A DNA stretch of 61,817 nucleotides, filler included. It is 4 parts of 4 records of this genome, joined end to end, with 100 filler letters (N's around TTAATTAATTAA, not from the genome) between each part and the next. Parts side by side here need not be neighbours in the genome. Positions count along the whole stretch, not along the records: positions 1 to 25,172 come from DRR723986_4147; 3 more parts are not named here. The stretch is one strand, 5' to 3'. The first letter of the stretch is position 1. Each line of letters begins with the position of its first letter. Below the pieces are notes generated by a model that had not been told where the DNA came from, made no database searches, and saw nothing but the letters and a program-made list of their open reading frames with translations. The position numbers were made by a program, and so were the translations under genes. This document shows, piece after piece, positions 1 to 11,886 of this stretch.

Positions 1-532
1 ATCTGAGCTTTTTCTGGCCGACCATAACACTCGAGAGCCGGGGTCATGTGTATTTGCCGGCATTGAAGGGTCACGGCCTGTTTTGGTAGAAATTCAGGCG
101 CTTGTGGCGCAGTCATCAGCTGCAAACCCTCGTCGGGCTGTTGTTGGTTGGGACACAGGACGCCTCGCTATGGTTTTAGCTGTTTTAGATGCCCGTGCAG
201 GCCTAGGCCTTTCTGGATGTGATGTATATCTTAATGTCGCTGGCGGTCTGAAAATATCTGAACCAGCGGCAGATATGGCAGTTGCAGCAGCTTTAATGTC
301 AAGCCTTTCACAAACAGCCCTGCCAGACGAAACCGTTATTTTTGGCGAAATCAGCCTTTCAGGCGATGTCAGGAGCGTTTCTCAAACAGATGCTCGCCTT
401 AAAGAAGCCGCGAAATTAGGGTTTTCTCGTGCTATAATGCCAAAGGGCAAAAAACAGGGGCAAAAAGCGATAGCGCAGCAAACGGTTGTTAGAATAAACG
501 ATCTCGTCAGTACTTTCTTCCCAGATGCATAA
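1..532 (+). CDS. radA: DNA repair protein RadA/Sms, C-terminal part (5' truncated by window start)
   Basis: Lon-like C-terminal domain motifs (GIEGSRPVLVEIQALV, DVYLNVAGGLKISEPAADMAVA, FGEISLSG, RLKEAAKLGF); radA-cvpA-purF order typical of Alphaproteobacteria. Confidence 0.95.
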   Translation, partial: SELFLADHNTREPGSCVFAGIEGSRPVLVEIQALVAQSSAANPRRAVVGWDTGRLAMVLAVLDARAGLGLSGCDVYLNVAGGLKISEPAADMAVAAALMSSLSQTALPDETVIFGEISLSGDVRSVSQTDARLKEAAKLGFSRAIMPKGKKQGQKAIAQQTVVRINDLVSTFFPDA

Positions 533-580
533 GTCTGGCGGTACAACAAAATAGCGAGATACATAAAGGAATTTCAATAA

Positions 581-1237
581 ATGGATGCAACATCACTGAC
601 AGCATTTGATATTGCCGTACTTGTTATTGTCAGCATCTCTGTGGTTATGGCATTCGGCCGAGGTTTTGCCACTGTTGCCCTTAGCCTTCTGGCTTGGGTG
701 GCCACTATTGTAGGTGTTGTTTTTGCTGGCGAGTTAATTGTTCAATATGTCCGGCCTTATGTTGAGCCCGAATGGCTTGCCGATACAGTGACCTATGCAG
801 GCTTGTTCATTGGCGGTTTAATTTTGTTAAAATGGCTCGCAGGCTTTATCGGCGGAGCCATCAAAAACAGCCCAGTTGGTTTCTTGGATCGATCGCTTGG
901 CGCTTTATTCGGCCTACTCCGCGGTATGGTTTTGGTTTCGGCACTATATTTTGGTTTTACCAAACTGGTTCCAGGTGATGAACCTGATTGGGTCTCGAAT
1001 GCTCAAACCAAACCGTTGGTGGCATGGGGGGCTGGCATGCTCAGTGCCTTTGCTGGTGACGCACTCGGTGAAAACCCCGGAGAGTTTGGTGATGAATATT
1101 TGAAACGCGCTGCTGATGCTGTTCCCAGCCAATTCATTAATGATGCCTTGGAAGAACAAGCCGCAAAATATATGGAAGAAAACCGGGAAAAACTTGATGA
1201 GCTACTGGAAAAAGTAGAGAAAGACGATGGCACATAG
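581..1237 (+). CDS. cvpA: CvpA (colicin V production) family membrane protein
   Basis: Four hydrophobic helices, DRSLGALFGLLRG motif, lies directly upstream of purF. Confidence 0.92.
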   Translation: MDATSLTAFDIAVLVIVSISVVMAFGRGFATVALSLLAWVATIVGVVFAGELIVQYVRPYVEPEWLADTVTYAGLFIGGLILLKWLAGFIGGAIKNSPVGFLDRSLGALFGLLRGMVLVSALYFGFTKLVPGDEPDWVSNAQTKPLVAWGAGMLSAFAGDALGENPGEFGDEYLKRAADAVPSQFINDALEEQAAKYMEENREKLDELLEKVEKDDGT

Positions 1238-1363
1238 GTGCCGCGCCCATATTTCGTAAAAAAATCATCTTGCCTCTAGGCATACAGCGTCATTAGCGAT
1301 ATACGAAAGATGGGTTTCTAAACGCTGCCCGCACAATGCTGGGTGCGATTATTGGGTGACACT

Positions 1364-2842
1364 ATGACCGACGCCGCTGCTTCGCTTTCACATCCGTTCG
1401 ACGATGATAAATTGCGTGAGGAATGTGGTGTTTTTGGCATATTTGGCACGAACGACTCCACAGCACATACCGCATTAGGCCTGCACGCCTTGCAACACCG
1501 CGGACAAGAGGCAGCTGGTATAACTGCCTTTGACGGCGAAGAGTTTCATACCAAGCGCGTGCTGGGGCATGTGGCCGATAACTTCACCAATCAAGCAGTG
1601 ATTGATAGCCTTCCAGGTCATACAGCGATCGGCCATGTAAGGTATTCAACAACCGGTGATACTATTCTGAGGAACTGCCAACCTTTGTTTGCAGAGTTTG
1701 CCTCTGGCGGGTTTGCAGTAGCTCACAACGGCAACCTGACAAATGCCGCGCACAAGCGGAAGTCACTTGTGCAGCGTGGCTCCATTTTTCAGTCAACATC
1801 TGATACCGAAGTGATCATTCATTTGATTGCAACAAGCCGCTACAGAACGCTTATGGAGCGCATCATCGATACCTTGCGGCAGCTTGAGGGTGCCTATTCC
1901 CTTGTAGCCCTTACAAAAGAAGGTTTGATTGGGGTGCGAGACCCTTTAGGTGTTAGGCCCCTCGTCCTCGGCAAATTAGACAAATCATACATTCTTTGTT
2001 CTGAAACATGCGCGCTAGATATCATCGGCGCTGAATATGTTCGAGATATTGAACCTGGTGAATTGGTTGTTATTACCGAGGAAGGCCTGAAGTCTTCTAA
2101 GCCTTTTCCTGAAGAAAAACCTAGGCCTTGTATTTTTGAGCATGTTTATTTCTCTCGGCCCGACAGTTTTACTGACAATATGAGTGTATACGAAGTGCGG
2201 AAAAACATCGGCGCAGAGCTAGCACGAGAGCATAGCGTTGATGCTGATATTGTTATTCCTGTACCTGACTCAGGCACGCCGGCTGCAATTGGCTATGCAC
2301 AAGAATCTGGTATTCCTTTTGAACTAGGAATTATCCGCAACCATTATGTAGGCCGCACATTCATTGAACCCAGTGATCAAATTCGCAATTTGGGTGTGAA
2401 GCTAAAACTGAATGCAAACCGCAGAAACATTGAGGGCAAGCGCGTTATTCTTGTGGACGACTCTATCGTGCGCGGCACTACCTCTATGAAAATTGTGACC
2501 ATGATGCGTGAAGCCGGCGCCACCGAAGTGCACATGAGAATAGCCTCACCGCCTACCGCACACAGTTGCTTTTACGGTGTTGATACGCCGGAGCGCAAAA
2601 AGCTTTTGGCGGCTCGCATGGAGTTAGAGGCAATGCGCGAGCATATAAATGCGGACAGTTTATCGTTTGTATCAATAGACGGCCTATACAGAGCCGTTAA
2701 TCACCCTGAGGGACGCGACCCAGAATCACCCTCGCACTGCGATGCATGCTTTACAGGTGATTACCCAACCTTCCTGACTGATAAGTCCGATGAAGACCAG
2801 CAATCTCGTCAATTAGATATGATCACGCCCCTGCGTGCCTAA
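1364..2842 (+). CDS. purF: Amidophosphoribosyltransferase
   Basis: EECGVFG (N-terminal nucleophile Cys after propeptide), LQHRGQEAAG, PRT motif VILVDDSIVRGTT; ATG at 1364 chosen over upstream GTG at 1343. Confidence 0.98.
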   Translation: MTDAAASLSHPFDDDKLREECGVFGIFGTNDSTAHTALGLHALQHRGQEAAGITAFDGEEFHTKRVLGHVADNFTNQAVIDSLPGHTAIGHVRYSTTGDTILRNCQPLFAEFASGGFAVAHNGNLTNAAHKRKSLVQRGSIFQSTSDTEVIIHLIATSRYRTLMERIIDTLRQLEGAYSLVALTKEGLIGVRDPLGVRPLVLGKLDKSYILCSETCALDIIGAEYVRDIEPGELVVITEEGLKSSKPFPEEKPRPCIFEHVYFSRPDSFTDNMSVYEVRKNIGAELAREHSVDADIVIPVPDSGTPAAIGYAQESGIPFELGIIRNHYVGRTFIEPSDQIRNLGVKLKLNANRRNIEGKRVILVDDSIVRGTTSMKIVTMMREAGATEVHMRIASPPTAHSCFYGVDTPERKKLLAARMELEAMREHINADSLSFVSIDGLYRAVNHPEGRDPESPSHCDACFTGDYPTFLTDKSDEDQQSRQLDMITPLRA

Positions 2843-2854
2843 TCGGAGTCCAAC

Positions 2855-3589
2855 ATGACCAAGAAACTTGAAGGGCGCCTTGCCCTGGTAACCGGCGCAT
2901 CTCGAGGCATAGGCCGCGCTGTTGCCCTAGCTATGGCGGCAGAAGGTGCCGACATCATTGCAATTGCCCGCCCGCGCTCACAAGCTGCTCTTGAAAGCCT
3001 TGATGATGAAATTCGGACTCTTGGTCAAAATTGTACCCTCGTGCCATTTGATCTCAAGGACGGCAATGCCATCGACCGTCTCGGCGCATCCATCCATGAA
3101 CGATGGGGCAAATTGGATATTTTTGTGGGTAATGCCGCCATTTTGGGTACACTTTCACCATTAAGCCATATCGGCGTGAAAGACTTTCAAGAACTTTTGG
3201 ATATCAATGTTACGGCGAATTGGCGTTTTATTCGTTCGCTTGATCCACTGCTAAAGAAAAGCGATGCAGGACGTGTCATCATTGTTTCTTCTGGTAGTTC
3301 AGGTAAAGACAAAGCCTATTGGGGCGGTTATATGATGTCTAAAGCAGCAGTTGAAAATATTGCCCTAACCTATTCAAATGAAAATGAAATAACGAGTATT
3401 AATTCTAACGTTATTAACCCAGGCCCTATTAGAACCAGTATGCGGGCTAAAGCAGTGCCTGGTGAAAACCCTGAAGACTTACCCACACCTGATGAGATAG
3501 CAAAGCTGTTTGTAGAACTCGCAGATCCTGAGTGTGACCGCAATGGTGATGTTGTGAGTTTTTACGAGTGGGCTGGCCTAAATACCTAA
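2855..3589 (+). CDS. SDR family NAD(P)-dependent oxidoreductase (YciK-like)
   Basis: TGASRGIG Rossmann motif, YMMSK (YxxxK), NPGPIRTSMRA; common neighbour downstream of purF. Confidence 0.9.
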   Translation: MTKKLEGRLALVTGASRGIGRAVALAMAAEGADIIAIARPRSQAALESLDDEIRTLGQNCTLVPFDLKDGNAIDRLGASIHERWGKLDIFVGNAAILGTLSPLSHIGVKDFQELLDINVTANWRFIRSLDPLLKKSDAGRVIIVSSGSSGKDKAYWGGYMMSKAAVENIALTYSNENEITSINSNVINPGPIRTSMRAKAVPGENPEDLPTPDEIAKLFVELADPECDRNGDVVSFYEWAGLNT

Positions 3590-3739
3590 AAACTTTACCC
3601 GACGGTACACATTCATTCCATCATCACCTTCGTTTGATCAGCCGACGCTATGCTTGACGCCATGACAACGAATAAGCAAGCATAGGCTCTGGGTGGTGTA
3701 AACTTGTTAAATGGCAAGCTAAACAAATGGGGTGAGAAC

Positions 3740-5179
3740 ATGAATATTCGCGTTTTAATTACAACCGCTTTGGCGGTTTTTACATTTTCTTTTAGTGCTG
3801 GCGCGCAGGCACCCAATTTCTCTGAACAGTCAAAGCAATTTGTCTCCGTAAATGCCAAGAACGTGCTGATTATAAACGCCCGAATTGTTGATGGCACGGG
3901 TGCAGAACCTATTGAAAATCAGTCGATATTGATACGCGATGGCATCATTATCTCCATCACACAAACTGACCAAAACAACATCCCCAAAGATACTGAAGTT
4001 ATTGACTTACAAGGAAAAACTGTCTTGCCAGGCTTTGTTATGCTGCATGAACATATGTTTTATAATGCCAGTGACCCAGACTGGTTCATACAAAGCACGC
4101 AACCTGTTACTTTTCCGCGGCTATATCTTGCGGCCGGTGTCACCACAGCTAGAACCGCAGGTAGCTTTGAGCCTTATACAGACCTGAAAGTTAAGCAATA
4201 TATTGCATCTGGCCGATTGGTTGGCCCCAACTTTGATACCAGCGCACCGTTTGTTGAAGGCGCACCAGCACAGGTTCTGCAAGCACCTGAAATTGAAACA
4301 CCCGATGAAGCGCGCAGGTTTGTGAATTATTGGGCTGATCAAGGCATGACCTCTTTTAAAGCTTACATGAATATAACTAGTGCCGCTTTAGGCGCAGCTA
4401 TTGAGGAGGCACACGCACGCGGCCTTAAGGTTGCTGGTCACTTGTGCTCGGTAACTTACGGCGAGGCGTCAGACCTTGGTATTGACAACCTAGAACATGG
4501 CTTTCTGCTGGCAACAGACTTTGTGATTGACCGCGAAAAAGATAAATGCGGTGGGTTTCCGCTAGCACGGTTTATGGAACTTGAACTGGAAAGCCCTGAA
4601 GTACAGGCCCTAATGGACAAGCTGATTGAAAATAATACCGCTATTACATCCACCCTGGCGGTACTTGCGCGCATTTCTGCAACCATAAATCCGCCCAATC
4701 CAGCGGCAATAAAGGCACTCGGGCACGGTGCAAAAGCACATTATCTGGGCAATCATGCCCAAGGATATGCAAACGCATTAAACAACGACATATGGGAACG
4801 AGCTGTTCGGAAAGAAATGGCTTGGGAAAAAGCCTTTGCAGATAAAGGTGGACTAGTGGTTACGGGCTCTGACACAACAGGCATTGGTGGCACAGTTGCC
4901 GGCTTCGCAAACCATGAATTACTAAAACTACTCGTTGAAGCTGGTTTCACGCCCATGCAAGCTATTCAAATTTCTACTATAAACGGTGCTATATCCATGG
5001 GGCGTGAAGACACCATCGGTTCTATTGTTGCTGGTAAAAATGCGGACCTGATCATAATCGACGGTAAACCAGACCAGAATATCGATGACATTACAAAAGT
5101 CGTGACGGTTTTCAAAGACGGCGTTGGCTATGACAGTAAAAAGCTGATTGAAGCATCAAAGGGACGGGTTGAAAACTAA
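3740..5179 (+). CDS. Exported amidohydrolase-family metallo-hydrolase
   Basis: Signal peptide (MNIRVLITTALAVFTFSFSAGA), LPGFVMLHEH metal motif, EHG, GSD, GSIVAGKNADLIIIDG. Confidence 0.88.
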   Translation: MNIRVLITTALAVFTFSFSAGAQAPNFSEQSKQFVSVNAKNVLIINARIVDGTGAEPIENQSILIRDGIIISITQTDQNNIPKDTEVIDLQGKTVLPGFVMLHEHMFYNASDPDWFIQSTQPVTFPRLYLAAGVTTARTAGSFEPYTDLKVKQYIASGRLVGPNFDTSAPFVEGAPAQVLQAPEIETPDEARRFVNYWADQGMTSFKAYMNITSAALGAAIEEAHARGLKVAGHLCSVTYGEASDLGIDNLEHGFLLATDFVIDREKDKCGGFPLARFMELELESPEVQALMDKLIENNTAITSTLAVLARISATINPPNPAAIKALGHGAKAHYLGNHAQGYANALNNDIWERAVRKEMAWEKAFADKGGLVVTGSDTTGIGGTVAGFANHELLKLLVEAGFTPMQAIQISTINGAISMGREDTIGSIVAGKNADLIIIDGKPDQNIDDITKVVTVFKDGVGYDSKKLIEASKGRVEN

Positions 5180-6183
5180 TTACTTTTAGTTTGGTGAAAA
5201 GCACTTAATAGCTTTTCCACGCCTGCTGAAACTGTTGTTACTCCGCCGCGGATATCAGCGCGCACGCTTTTTAGCAGCTCTTTCACAGTAGAATCGCTAT
5301 AGAATTCATCCATAAGGCGGTCCTGCAGATGTGTTGCAAGCCATGTCAGTCTTTGATTTTCGCGCCGAATTGCACGTTCACCGTTAGCATCCATAATTCG
5401 GCGATGTTTCTCAATGCGCTCCCAAAGGGTATCTATGGCCTGCCCGGTTAGTCCGGAGCACGTAACAACGGGCGGGTGCCAATTGGGGCTAGCATCTCTC
5501 ATAATATGAAGCGCAGATTTATAACCGTTTACAGCCTGCTTTAGTTTTTGTTCAAACACATCGGCTTTGTTAACGGCCACCATGTCCGCAAGTTCAAGAA
5601 TACCTTTTTTAATGCCCTGCAATTCATCGCCTGCCCCTGGCAACATCAACACAAGAAAAAAGTCGACCATATCGGCAACCATTGTTTCAGATTGCCCGGT
5701 GCCAACAGTTTCAACCAAAATAGTATCGAAACCAGCGGCCTCGAGAATGACAATGGTCTCACGCGTTGCTCTAGCTACACCGCCCAACACCCCTGCGCTG
5801 GGGCTTGGGCGAATAAATGCATTTAGGTCGGTCGATAATTTATCCATGCGCGTCTTATCGCCAAGAATAGATCCGCCTGTGCGCCCACTGGACGGGTCAA
5901 CTGCCAAAACGGCAACTTTTTGCCCTTGCCCAGTAAGCATACTGCCCAAACTTTCAATGAAGGTAGACTTTCCTACACCCGGTACGCCAGAAATTCCCAC
6001 TCTCTGGCTTTCACCGGAAAAGGGCAATAATTGATGAAGGAGTTCCTGAGCTCGAACCTGATGTGCGGGATTACGGCTTTCAACCAATGTAATCGCCCGG
6101 CCAATCATCGCACGGTCAGCCGTGCGCACACCTTCGAATAGCGCATCAATGCTTGGGCCATTTGCAGCGGATGCATTAGCCAT
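5176..6183 (-). CDS. meaB: Methylmalonyl-CoA mutase-associated GTPase MeaB/ArgK
   Basis: [13 protein letters not shown]-loop, [31 protein letters not shown]; follows mutase genes; ATG at 6183 overlaps the mutase stop. Confidence 0.96.
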   Translation of the reverse strand: MANASAANGPSIDALFEGVRTADRAMIGRAITLVESRNPAHQVRAQELLHQLLPFSGESQRVGISGVPGVGKSTFIESLGSMLTGQGQKVAVLAVDPSSGRTGGSILGDKTRMDKLSTDLNAFIRPSPSAGVLGGVARATRETIVILEAAGFDTILVETVGTGQSETMVADMVDFFLVLMLPGAGDELQGIKKGILELADMVAVNKADVFEQKLKQAVNGYKSALHIMRDASPNWHPPVVTCSGLTGQAIDTLWERIEKHRRIMDANGERAIRRENQRLTWLATHLQDRLMDEFYSDSTVKELLKSVRADIRGGVTTVSAGVEKLLSAFHQTKSN

Positions 6184-8320
6184 AGCCCAAACGACCATTC
6201 AGTTTTTCAATAAGTTCTATTGCTGCGTCTGTAATCACTGTACCCGGCGGAAAAATTGCCTCTGCACCGGCAGCATATAGCGCATCATAATCCTGCGGCG
6301 GAATAACTCCGCCCGCAATTACCATAATATCTTCGCGACCAATTTTCTTAAGCTCAGCTTTAAGCGCAGGCACCAATGTCAAATGACCAGCCGCCAAAGA
6401 TGAAGCTCCGATAACATGAACATCATTTTCCACGCCCTGCCTAGCAACCTCTTCTGGTGTTTGAAACAGCGGCCCTATGTCCACATCAAAGCCAAGGTCA
6501 GCATAACCAGATGCAACAACTTTCTGGCCCCGATCATGGCCGTCTTGGCCCATTTTTGCAATCAGAATGCGCGGGCGCCTGCCGTCTTTTTCTTCAAACG
6601 CAGACACCATATCCAGAACTTTATCAATTTGTTCAGATTTTCCCACTTCGCTTTTATAAACCCCTGTTACAGCTTTAATATCAGCCTTGTGGCGTCCAAA
6701 AACAGTTTCAAGTGCCATTGATATTTCGCCAACGGTTGCTTTCGCTCTGCCCGCATTTACAGCGAGCTCCAGTAAATTCCCGGAACCAGTATCGGCGGCT
6801 TTGGTTAAAGCTTCAAGGGTTGCCTTCACTTCCCTATCGTCACGCTCTTGCTTCAGGCGCACTAGCTTTTCAAGCTGAGAGGCCCTTACGGCACTGTTGT
6901 CCACTTTAAGGACATCAACTTCTTCCGTTTCATCCAGTTGATACTTATTAACACCTACAACCGTTTGGCGGCCACTATCAATCCTTGCCTGAGTGCGAGC
7001 AGCTGCGTCTTCGATCCTCAATTTTGGGATCCCTGCTTCAATAGCCTTTGCCATTCCGCCCTCAGCCTCAACTTCCTGAATGTGCCCCCACGCCTTCTCC
7101 GCTAAGTCTGCTGTTAAGCGTTCCACATAGTAACTCCCGCCCCATGGGTCTATGATACTTGTGGTTCCAGTTTCCTGCTGAATAAATAGTTGAGTATTGC
7201 GGGCAATACGAGCAGAGAAGTCTGTCGGTAATGCAAGGGCTTCATCCAGCGCATTTGTATGTAATGACTGCGTATGACCGTGCGCAGCGGCCATGGCTTC
7301 TATGCATGTTCGTGAAATATTGTTGTAGACATCTTGTGCAGTCAATGACCAACCAGATGTTTGACAATGCGTTCTCAACGACAGTGATTTATTAGACTTG
7401 GGATTAAATTGATTGACCAGATTAGCCCAAAGCAAACGCCCTGCCCGCATTTTGGCGACTTCCATGAAATAATTCATGCCAATTGCCCAAAAGAAACTAA
7501 GACGGGGTGCAAAAGCATCAACATCCATACCTGCATCAACACCTGCCCGCAGATATTCAACACCGTCGGCCAGAGTATATGCAAGTTCAAGGTCTGCTGT
7601 AGCCCCCGCTTCCTGCATATGATAGCCAGATATGGAAATGCTGTTATATTTCGGCATATTCTGGGACGTGTACGCGAAAATATCAGAAATAATCCGCATG
7701 GAAGGTTTTGGCGGATATATATATGTATTCCGAACCATAAACTCTTTTAGAATATCGTTCTGAATGGTTCCAGAGAGCTTCTCTGCGCTAACGCCTTGCT
7801 CTTCGGCCGCAACAATATAAAGCGCCAGAATAGGTAAAACAGCGCCGTTCATTGTCATCGAAACAGACATTTGATCAAGCGGGATGCCGTCAAACAACGT
7901 GCGCATATCATATATACTGTCAATAGCCACACCGGCCATACCTACATCGCCAGCAACACGAGGATGGTCACTGTCGTAGCCCCGGTGTGTCGCAAGGTCA
8001 AACGCTACAGACAGCCCCTTTTGCCCAGCAGCAAGGTTGCGGCGATAAAAGGCATTGGAATCTTCAGCCGTTGAAAAGCCTGCATACTGACGAATAGTCC
8101 AAGGCCGGGTAACATACATGGTTGGGTAAGGTCCACGTAGAAACGGTGCAATACCGGGCAAGCTTGCTGTATAGTCTAAGCCAGCGGTATCTGCAGGATA
8201 ATATGCAGGCCTAACATCTATACCCTCCGGGGTAGTCCAAAAAGCATCTGTTTTCTCAGCCATAGGAATATCATTGGCACCTAGCGAGAAGTTCGAGAAA
8301 TCAGGGATTTTACTCATCAT
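6176..8320 (-). CDS. scpA: Methylmalonyl-CoA mutase, catalytic large subunit
   Basis: [20 protein letters not shown]12-binding [10 protein letters not shown] motif, SSLAAGH. Confidence 0.98.
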   Translation of the reverse strand: MMSKIPDFSNFSLGANDIPMAEKTDAFWTTPEGIDVRPAYYPADTAGLDYTASLPGIAPFLRGPYPTMYVTRPWTIRQYAGFSTAEDSNAFYRRNLAAGQKGLSVAFDLATHRGYDSDHPRVAGDVGMAGVAIDSIYDMRTLFDGIPLDQMSVSMTMNGAVLPILALYIVAAEEQGVSAEKLSGTIQNDILKEFMVRNTYIYPPKPSMRIISDIFAYTSQNMPKYNSISISGYHMQEAGATADLELAYTLADGVEYLRAGVDAGMDVDAFAPRLSFFWAIGMNYFMEVAKMRAGRLLWANLVNQFNPKSNKSLSLRTHCQTSGWSLTAQDVYNNISRTCIEAMAAAHGHTQSLHTNALDEALALPTDFSARIARNTQLFIQQETGTTSIIDPWGGSYYVERLTADLAEKAWGHIQEVEAEGGMAKAIEAGIPKLRIEDAAARTQARIDSGRQTVVGVNKYQLDETEEVDVLKVDNSAVRASQLEKLVRLKQERDDREVKATLEALTKAADTGSGNLLELAVNAGRAKATVGEISMALETVFGRHKADIKAVTGVYKSEVGKSEQIDKVLDMVSAFEEKDGRRPRILIAKMGQDGHDRGQKVVASGYADLGFDVDIGPLFQTPEEVARQGVENDVHVIGASSLAAGHLTLVPALKAELKKIGREDIMVIAGGVIPPQDYDALYAAGAEAIFPPGTVITDAAIELIEKLNGRLGYG

Positions 8321-10182
8321 ATTTCCTGCCCGCTCGCATAGCCAAGGGCATAATAAGCACTTTCTAAAGCGTCAATGACATCACATCCCAAGTGGATACA
8401 CTCATCAACACCGGCAGCAAGAATTTCATCGGCATTATTTGGTTTACCGGCCAAAAATAACATAGAGCATCCTGCATTCTTAAGAGCTGCCGCCAGTTCC
8501 TTGCCTAATTCTAAATATTGAGTGTCGGTCCCGCATATAACTGCAATATCAGCGCCGCTTGCTTTAAATGAGGTAACAGCCTCTTCTACCGTTGCAGCTC
8601 CGTCGCCAACAATTGCTTCAACACCACCGGTTTCAAAGAAATTTTTTGCAAAAGAAGCACGAGCAGTAAATTCAGCGATAGTACCCAAATTCACAAGAGC
8701 AATCCTTGGTCGTATGCCTTTTTTTAAGCTAATTGCATCGCTTCGCAATCGAAGGTCTTCGAAGTCTTGCGCTATTCTGCGTAAAGGCAAAAGAGGGACT
8801 TCTTCACCCTTTACGGCGTCTGAAGTTACAGTATCTTTCTGCCTATCAGGTCCAGTTTCTGTTGGCGCCTCATGAATATTAGGAAACTCCGATACACCCG
8901 TTATACCTTGTTTGCGCTTGCGAATATCCAAACTTCGCTTATTCGCTACATTCTTAACATCGGTTGCTAATTTTCCTGATTTCAATGCCGCCACTATACC
9001 GCCACCGGCTTCCATTTCCGCAAAAAGAGACGCCGACTTTTGGGCAATATCACTGGTGAGCTTTTCAAGTGAGTATGAACCGGCAGCGGGGTCTGAAACT
9101 TTTGCTAGGTTACTTTCTTCCATCAAAACAATCTGAATGTTTCGTGCGATTCTTCGAGAAAAGTCATCTGTTGTGCCTAAAAATAAATCATGAGGCAATG
9201 TGGTAATTGTATCGGCTCCGCCAGTGGCGGCAGCAAAACATGAGGCTGTTCCCCTGAGAATGTTCACCCAAGGGTCTTTCAATGACAACGCGTATATAGC
9301 AGAAACCGCATTTAGCTTCATGGGAATGGGCTCAATATCACATGCCTCTTGAACATTTTGCCACAAACGACGAGCGGCGCGAAACTTTGCAATCGTCAAC
9401 CATAAATCTGCACTGGCAGAAAAGCTGAACTGAATTTGAGACGCAGCAACTTCCACCGACAGCCCTGCTCTTTCCATGGCTTTCATATAAGTAACCGCCG
9501 CAGACATCGCGCCGGAAAGTTCCATTGCCTCAGTGCCACCAGCATTACTAATCACTGTGCCATCAGCATTAAACGTCGTCATTTCAGGGTACCGCGTAGG
9601 TGATTTTTTGGCTATTTGCGCACCTTCAGCTATTGCATCATTGATTGATGTTTTTAGGCTACCGTTTCGGGCAAGGCTTGCTATTGGGTCCACTCCTAAC
9701 GAACCAGATAAGTCAGTCGGCGCATACCCTCTCTCGGCCACGAGTTCTTCAAATGCCGCGACGCCAGCTGCAAAGTCTTCTTCATGAATGAGATTAAGTG
9801 GCACCATATTTAGGTAAATGCCATCAAGCGCTTTACCTAGTTCAGAAGGCGAAATCCCCATGGAGCCTTGATTGGAAAGTGTTATTGCAACCGAAGATGC
9901 GCCGCGCTCAAGATCAATTAGAATATTTCTATTAATAGCTTCAGCATCATTTCCCCAGTTCGGAGAAGCTATCGCCCAATTACCCATTCCGCGAAGAGGC
10001 TGGGCCTCAACTTGCACAGTTTCTTCGGTACCTAATGCGTCAATAACAATACCATCACGGGTAACCCTTTTCATGGCCCTGTCAAATGGCTTTCCTTTAA
10101 GGGTTTTTTCAACCAGCGCTGCCCACTCGGACCGACTAGGCGCCTTAAAGTCAGATGAAAAATTGAGCTGGTTATCAGGCAT
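8317..10182 (-). CDS. mutA: Methylmalonyl-CoA mutase, small (non-catalytic beta) subunit
   Basis: Mutase-like fold ([38 protein letters not shown]) but no DxHxxG B12 motif; 4-bp overlap with the large subunit. Confidence 0.9.
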   Translation of the reverse strand: MPDNQLNFSSDFKAPSRSEWAALVEKTLKGKPFDRAMKRVTRDGIVIDALGTEETVQVEAQPLRGMGNWAIASPNWGNDAEAINRNILIDLERGASSVAITLSNQGSMGISPSELGKALDGIYLNMVPLNLIHEEDFAAGVAAFEELVAERGYAPTDLSGSLGVDPIASLARNGSLKTSINDAIAEGAQIAKKSPTRYPEMTTFNADGTVISNAGGTEAMELSGAMSAAVTYMKAMERAGLSVEVAASQIQFSFSASADLWLTIAKFRAARRLWQNVQEACDIEPIPMKLNAVSAIYALSLKDPWVNILRGTASCFAAATGGADTITTLPHDLFLGTTDDFSRRIARNIQIVLMEESNLAKVSDPAAGSYSLEKLTSDIAQKSASLFAEMEAGGGIVAALKSGKLATDVKNVANKRSLDIRKRKQGITGVSEFPNIHEAPTETGPDRQKDTVTSDAVKGEEVPLLPLRRIAQDFEDLRLRSDAISLKKGIRPRIALVNLGTIAEFTARASFAKNFFETGGVEAIVGDGAATVEEAVTSFKASGADIAVICGTDTQYLELGKELAAALKNAGCSMLFLAGKPNNADEILAAGVDECIHLGCDVIDALESAYYALGYASGQEI

Positions 10183-10251
10183 GTGCCTGTTCTCCTGCTA
10201 GTGTAATGGACAGCAATGTAAATAGTGAAAAATCAGCTATTTAGCAATGCT

Positions 10252-11058
10252 TTAGACCGCATTGATTAGGCGTATTGTTGCACCGATAAGGAAAATACCA
10301 AAAAGAATACTTAATACACTGCGGGGCAACATGTGTGCGGCCTTAGCGCCCAACGGGGCGGTCAACACGGCGGCTACCGCTATTCCCGCAGCATACGGCA
10401 AATGAATAAAACCAATAAATCCGCCAGGTAACCCTTGAATATTGAGTCCGCCCAATAAATACCCTAGCCCCCCTGCTATACTAATCACCAACCCAATCAA
10501 AGTAGCCGTGCCGACAGCGCGGTGAATAGGAACACTGTAGACAGTCATATAAGGCACCGAAAAACTGCCGCCGCCAATACCCATGATTGCAGAGAAAAAA
10601 CCAATAATCGCAGGGTTCCCATATTTGAAGAAGCCCGAAGGCAATTGCTTACCTAATACCCATTTTTCCAATGGAAACAACATCTTCAGTGCCAAAAACC
10701 CAGCCAATGTTGCAAAAAAATAAACTAATTCAACTGTTTTTAGGGTTGTTGCAAATATGCTACCCAACACCGCTCCCAGGGCCACAACCAGCCACCAGCT
10801 TTTTATAATATCCCAATCAACCCCGCCTTTTTTATTGTGAGAATAAGCGCTCGATATATTGGTGGCGATAATGATGGCCAAAGACGTTCCAATGGCTGCA
10901 TGCATCCGCCACTCAAGCGGAGTTTCGAGTTCCTCGAATAATACAAATAACACCGGAATGGTTACGATGCCGCCGCCTATACCCAGCAAACCGGCCAAAA
11001 AACCTGCAATTAAGCCTGCACCAATAAGGGAGGCAAGCGTAAGAATAATGTCTTCCAA
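10252..11058 (-). CDS. Sulfite exporter TauE/SafE family membrane protein
   Basis: Duplicated GLLGIGGG / AIMGIGGG motifs, AIGTSL, about 8 hydrophobic helices. Confidence 0.9.
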   Translation of the reverse strand: MEDIILTLASLIGAGLIAGFLAGLLGIGGGIVTIPVLFVLFEELETPLEWRMHAAIGTSLAIIIATNISSAYSHNKKGGVDWDIIKSWWLVVALGAVLGSIFATTLKTVELVYFFATLAGFLALKMLFPLEKWVLGKQLPSGFFKYGNPAIIGFFSAIMGIGGGSFSVPYMTVYSVPIHRAVGTATLIGLVISIAGGLGYLLGGLNIQGLPGGFIGFIHLPYAAGIAVAAVLTAPLGAKAAHMLPRSVLSILFGIFLIGATIRLINAV

Positions 11059-11153
11059 AGCTACACCCCTTTTACCATTTTGTTTCTAGCTAAGTTGCTT
11101 TAACTCTATAGGCAGTCGTTCAAAGCACAAGTTGCTAATTACTTCTGTATAAT

Positions 11154-11188
11154 AAAACAACGCCGCGCCCCAAAAAGAGCACGGCGTT
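11154..11188 (-). terminator. Intrinsic terminator downstream of tRNA-Pro
   Basis: AACGCCG...CGGCGTT stem followed by a T-rich tract on the minus strand. Confidence 0.6.
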
Positions 11189-11192
11189 ACTT

Positions 11193-11269
11193 TGGTCGGG
11201 AAGACAGGATTTGAACCTGCGACCCCTACACCCCCAGTGTAGTGCGCTACCAGACTGCGCCACTTCCCG
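11193..11269 (-). tRNA. tRNA-Pro (GGG)
   Basis: Minus strand CGGGAAGTGGCGCAGTCTGGTAGCGCACTACACTGGGGGTGTAGGGGTCGCAGGTTCAAATCCTGTCTTCCCGACCA: cloverleaf, anticodon GGG, encoded CCA; typical position after ihfA-merR. Confidence 0.97.
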
Positions 11270-11443
11270 ATATAACCCGGCTAAGCGTCTGGGGTTAGCC
11301 GGCGCGGCGCACTATAACTGCGCCCACATAGCGAGGCAATAGCCCAAATTTGGTTTTTGCGTTATTTCACAAACGTCAGTTTATATTGGGTTATTGGTGG
11401 GTATAGTCGCGCAGATTCTTAGCAATCCTGCCAAGATGCAAAC

Positions 11444-11869
11444 TTAACTTAACTTTGCTCTTAAAGACTTAAGCCTGTATAGTGCGCTGCTAATTACTGC
11501 TGTATTAATATCAGCTGTTGGCGCATTTGAATGAGAAGCAATAGCTTCTGTAACTTGAGATTCGCCGTTTACAACTTGTTCAATCGTAGCCTTGAGTCCC
11601 TGAGCCTTAAAAAGCTTTTGCACACCTTTGATGGTGTAACCATCTGAATGTAATAACTTTTTTATAACGGTAAGCAACAGTACATCATCTGGACGATAAT
11701 ACCGACGATTACCACCCCGCTTTAACGGTTTAATCTGGTTAAATTTGCTTTCCCAGAACCTTAAAACATGCTGGGGTAGATCAAGTTCGTCCGCAACTTC
11801 CGATATTGTACGGAACGCGTCCCGGCTTTTACTACCTCTGACGCGACCATCACTGTCGTTAATATCCAT
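11444..11869 (-). CDS. MerR family transcriptional regulator (ihfA-associated)
   Basis: [41 protein letters not shown]. Confidence 0.93.
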   Translation of the reverse strand: MDINDSDGRVRGSKSRDAFRTISEVADELDLPQHVLRFWESKFNQIKPLKRGGNRRYYRPDDVLLLTVIKKLLHSDGYTIKGVQKLFKAQGLKATIEQVVNGESQVTEAIASHSNAPTADINTAVISSALYRLKSLRAKLS

Positions 11870-11886
11870 TAAATAGACCTTAGTGA

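Noticed and set aside
10183..10251. Cobalamin riboswitch upstream of the mutase operon (also considered before cobU)
   Set aside because: The spacers are too short and have no B12-box motifs
11059..11443. Integrative element at tRNA-Pro (also considered at tRNA-Arg)
   Set aside because: No integrase and no duplicated tRNA 3' end within either contig
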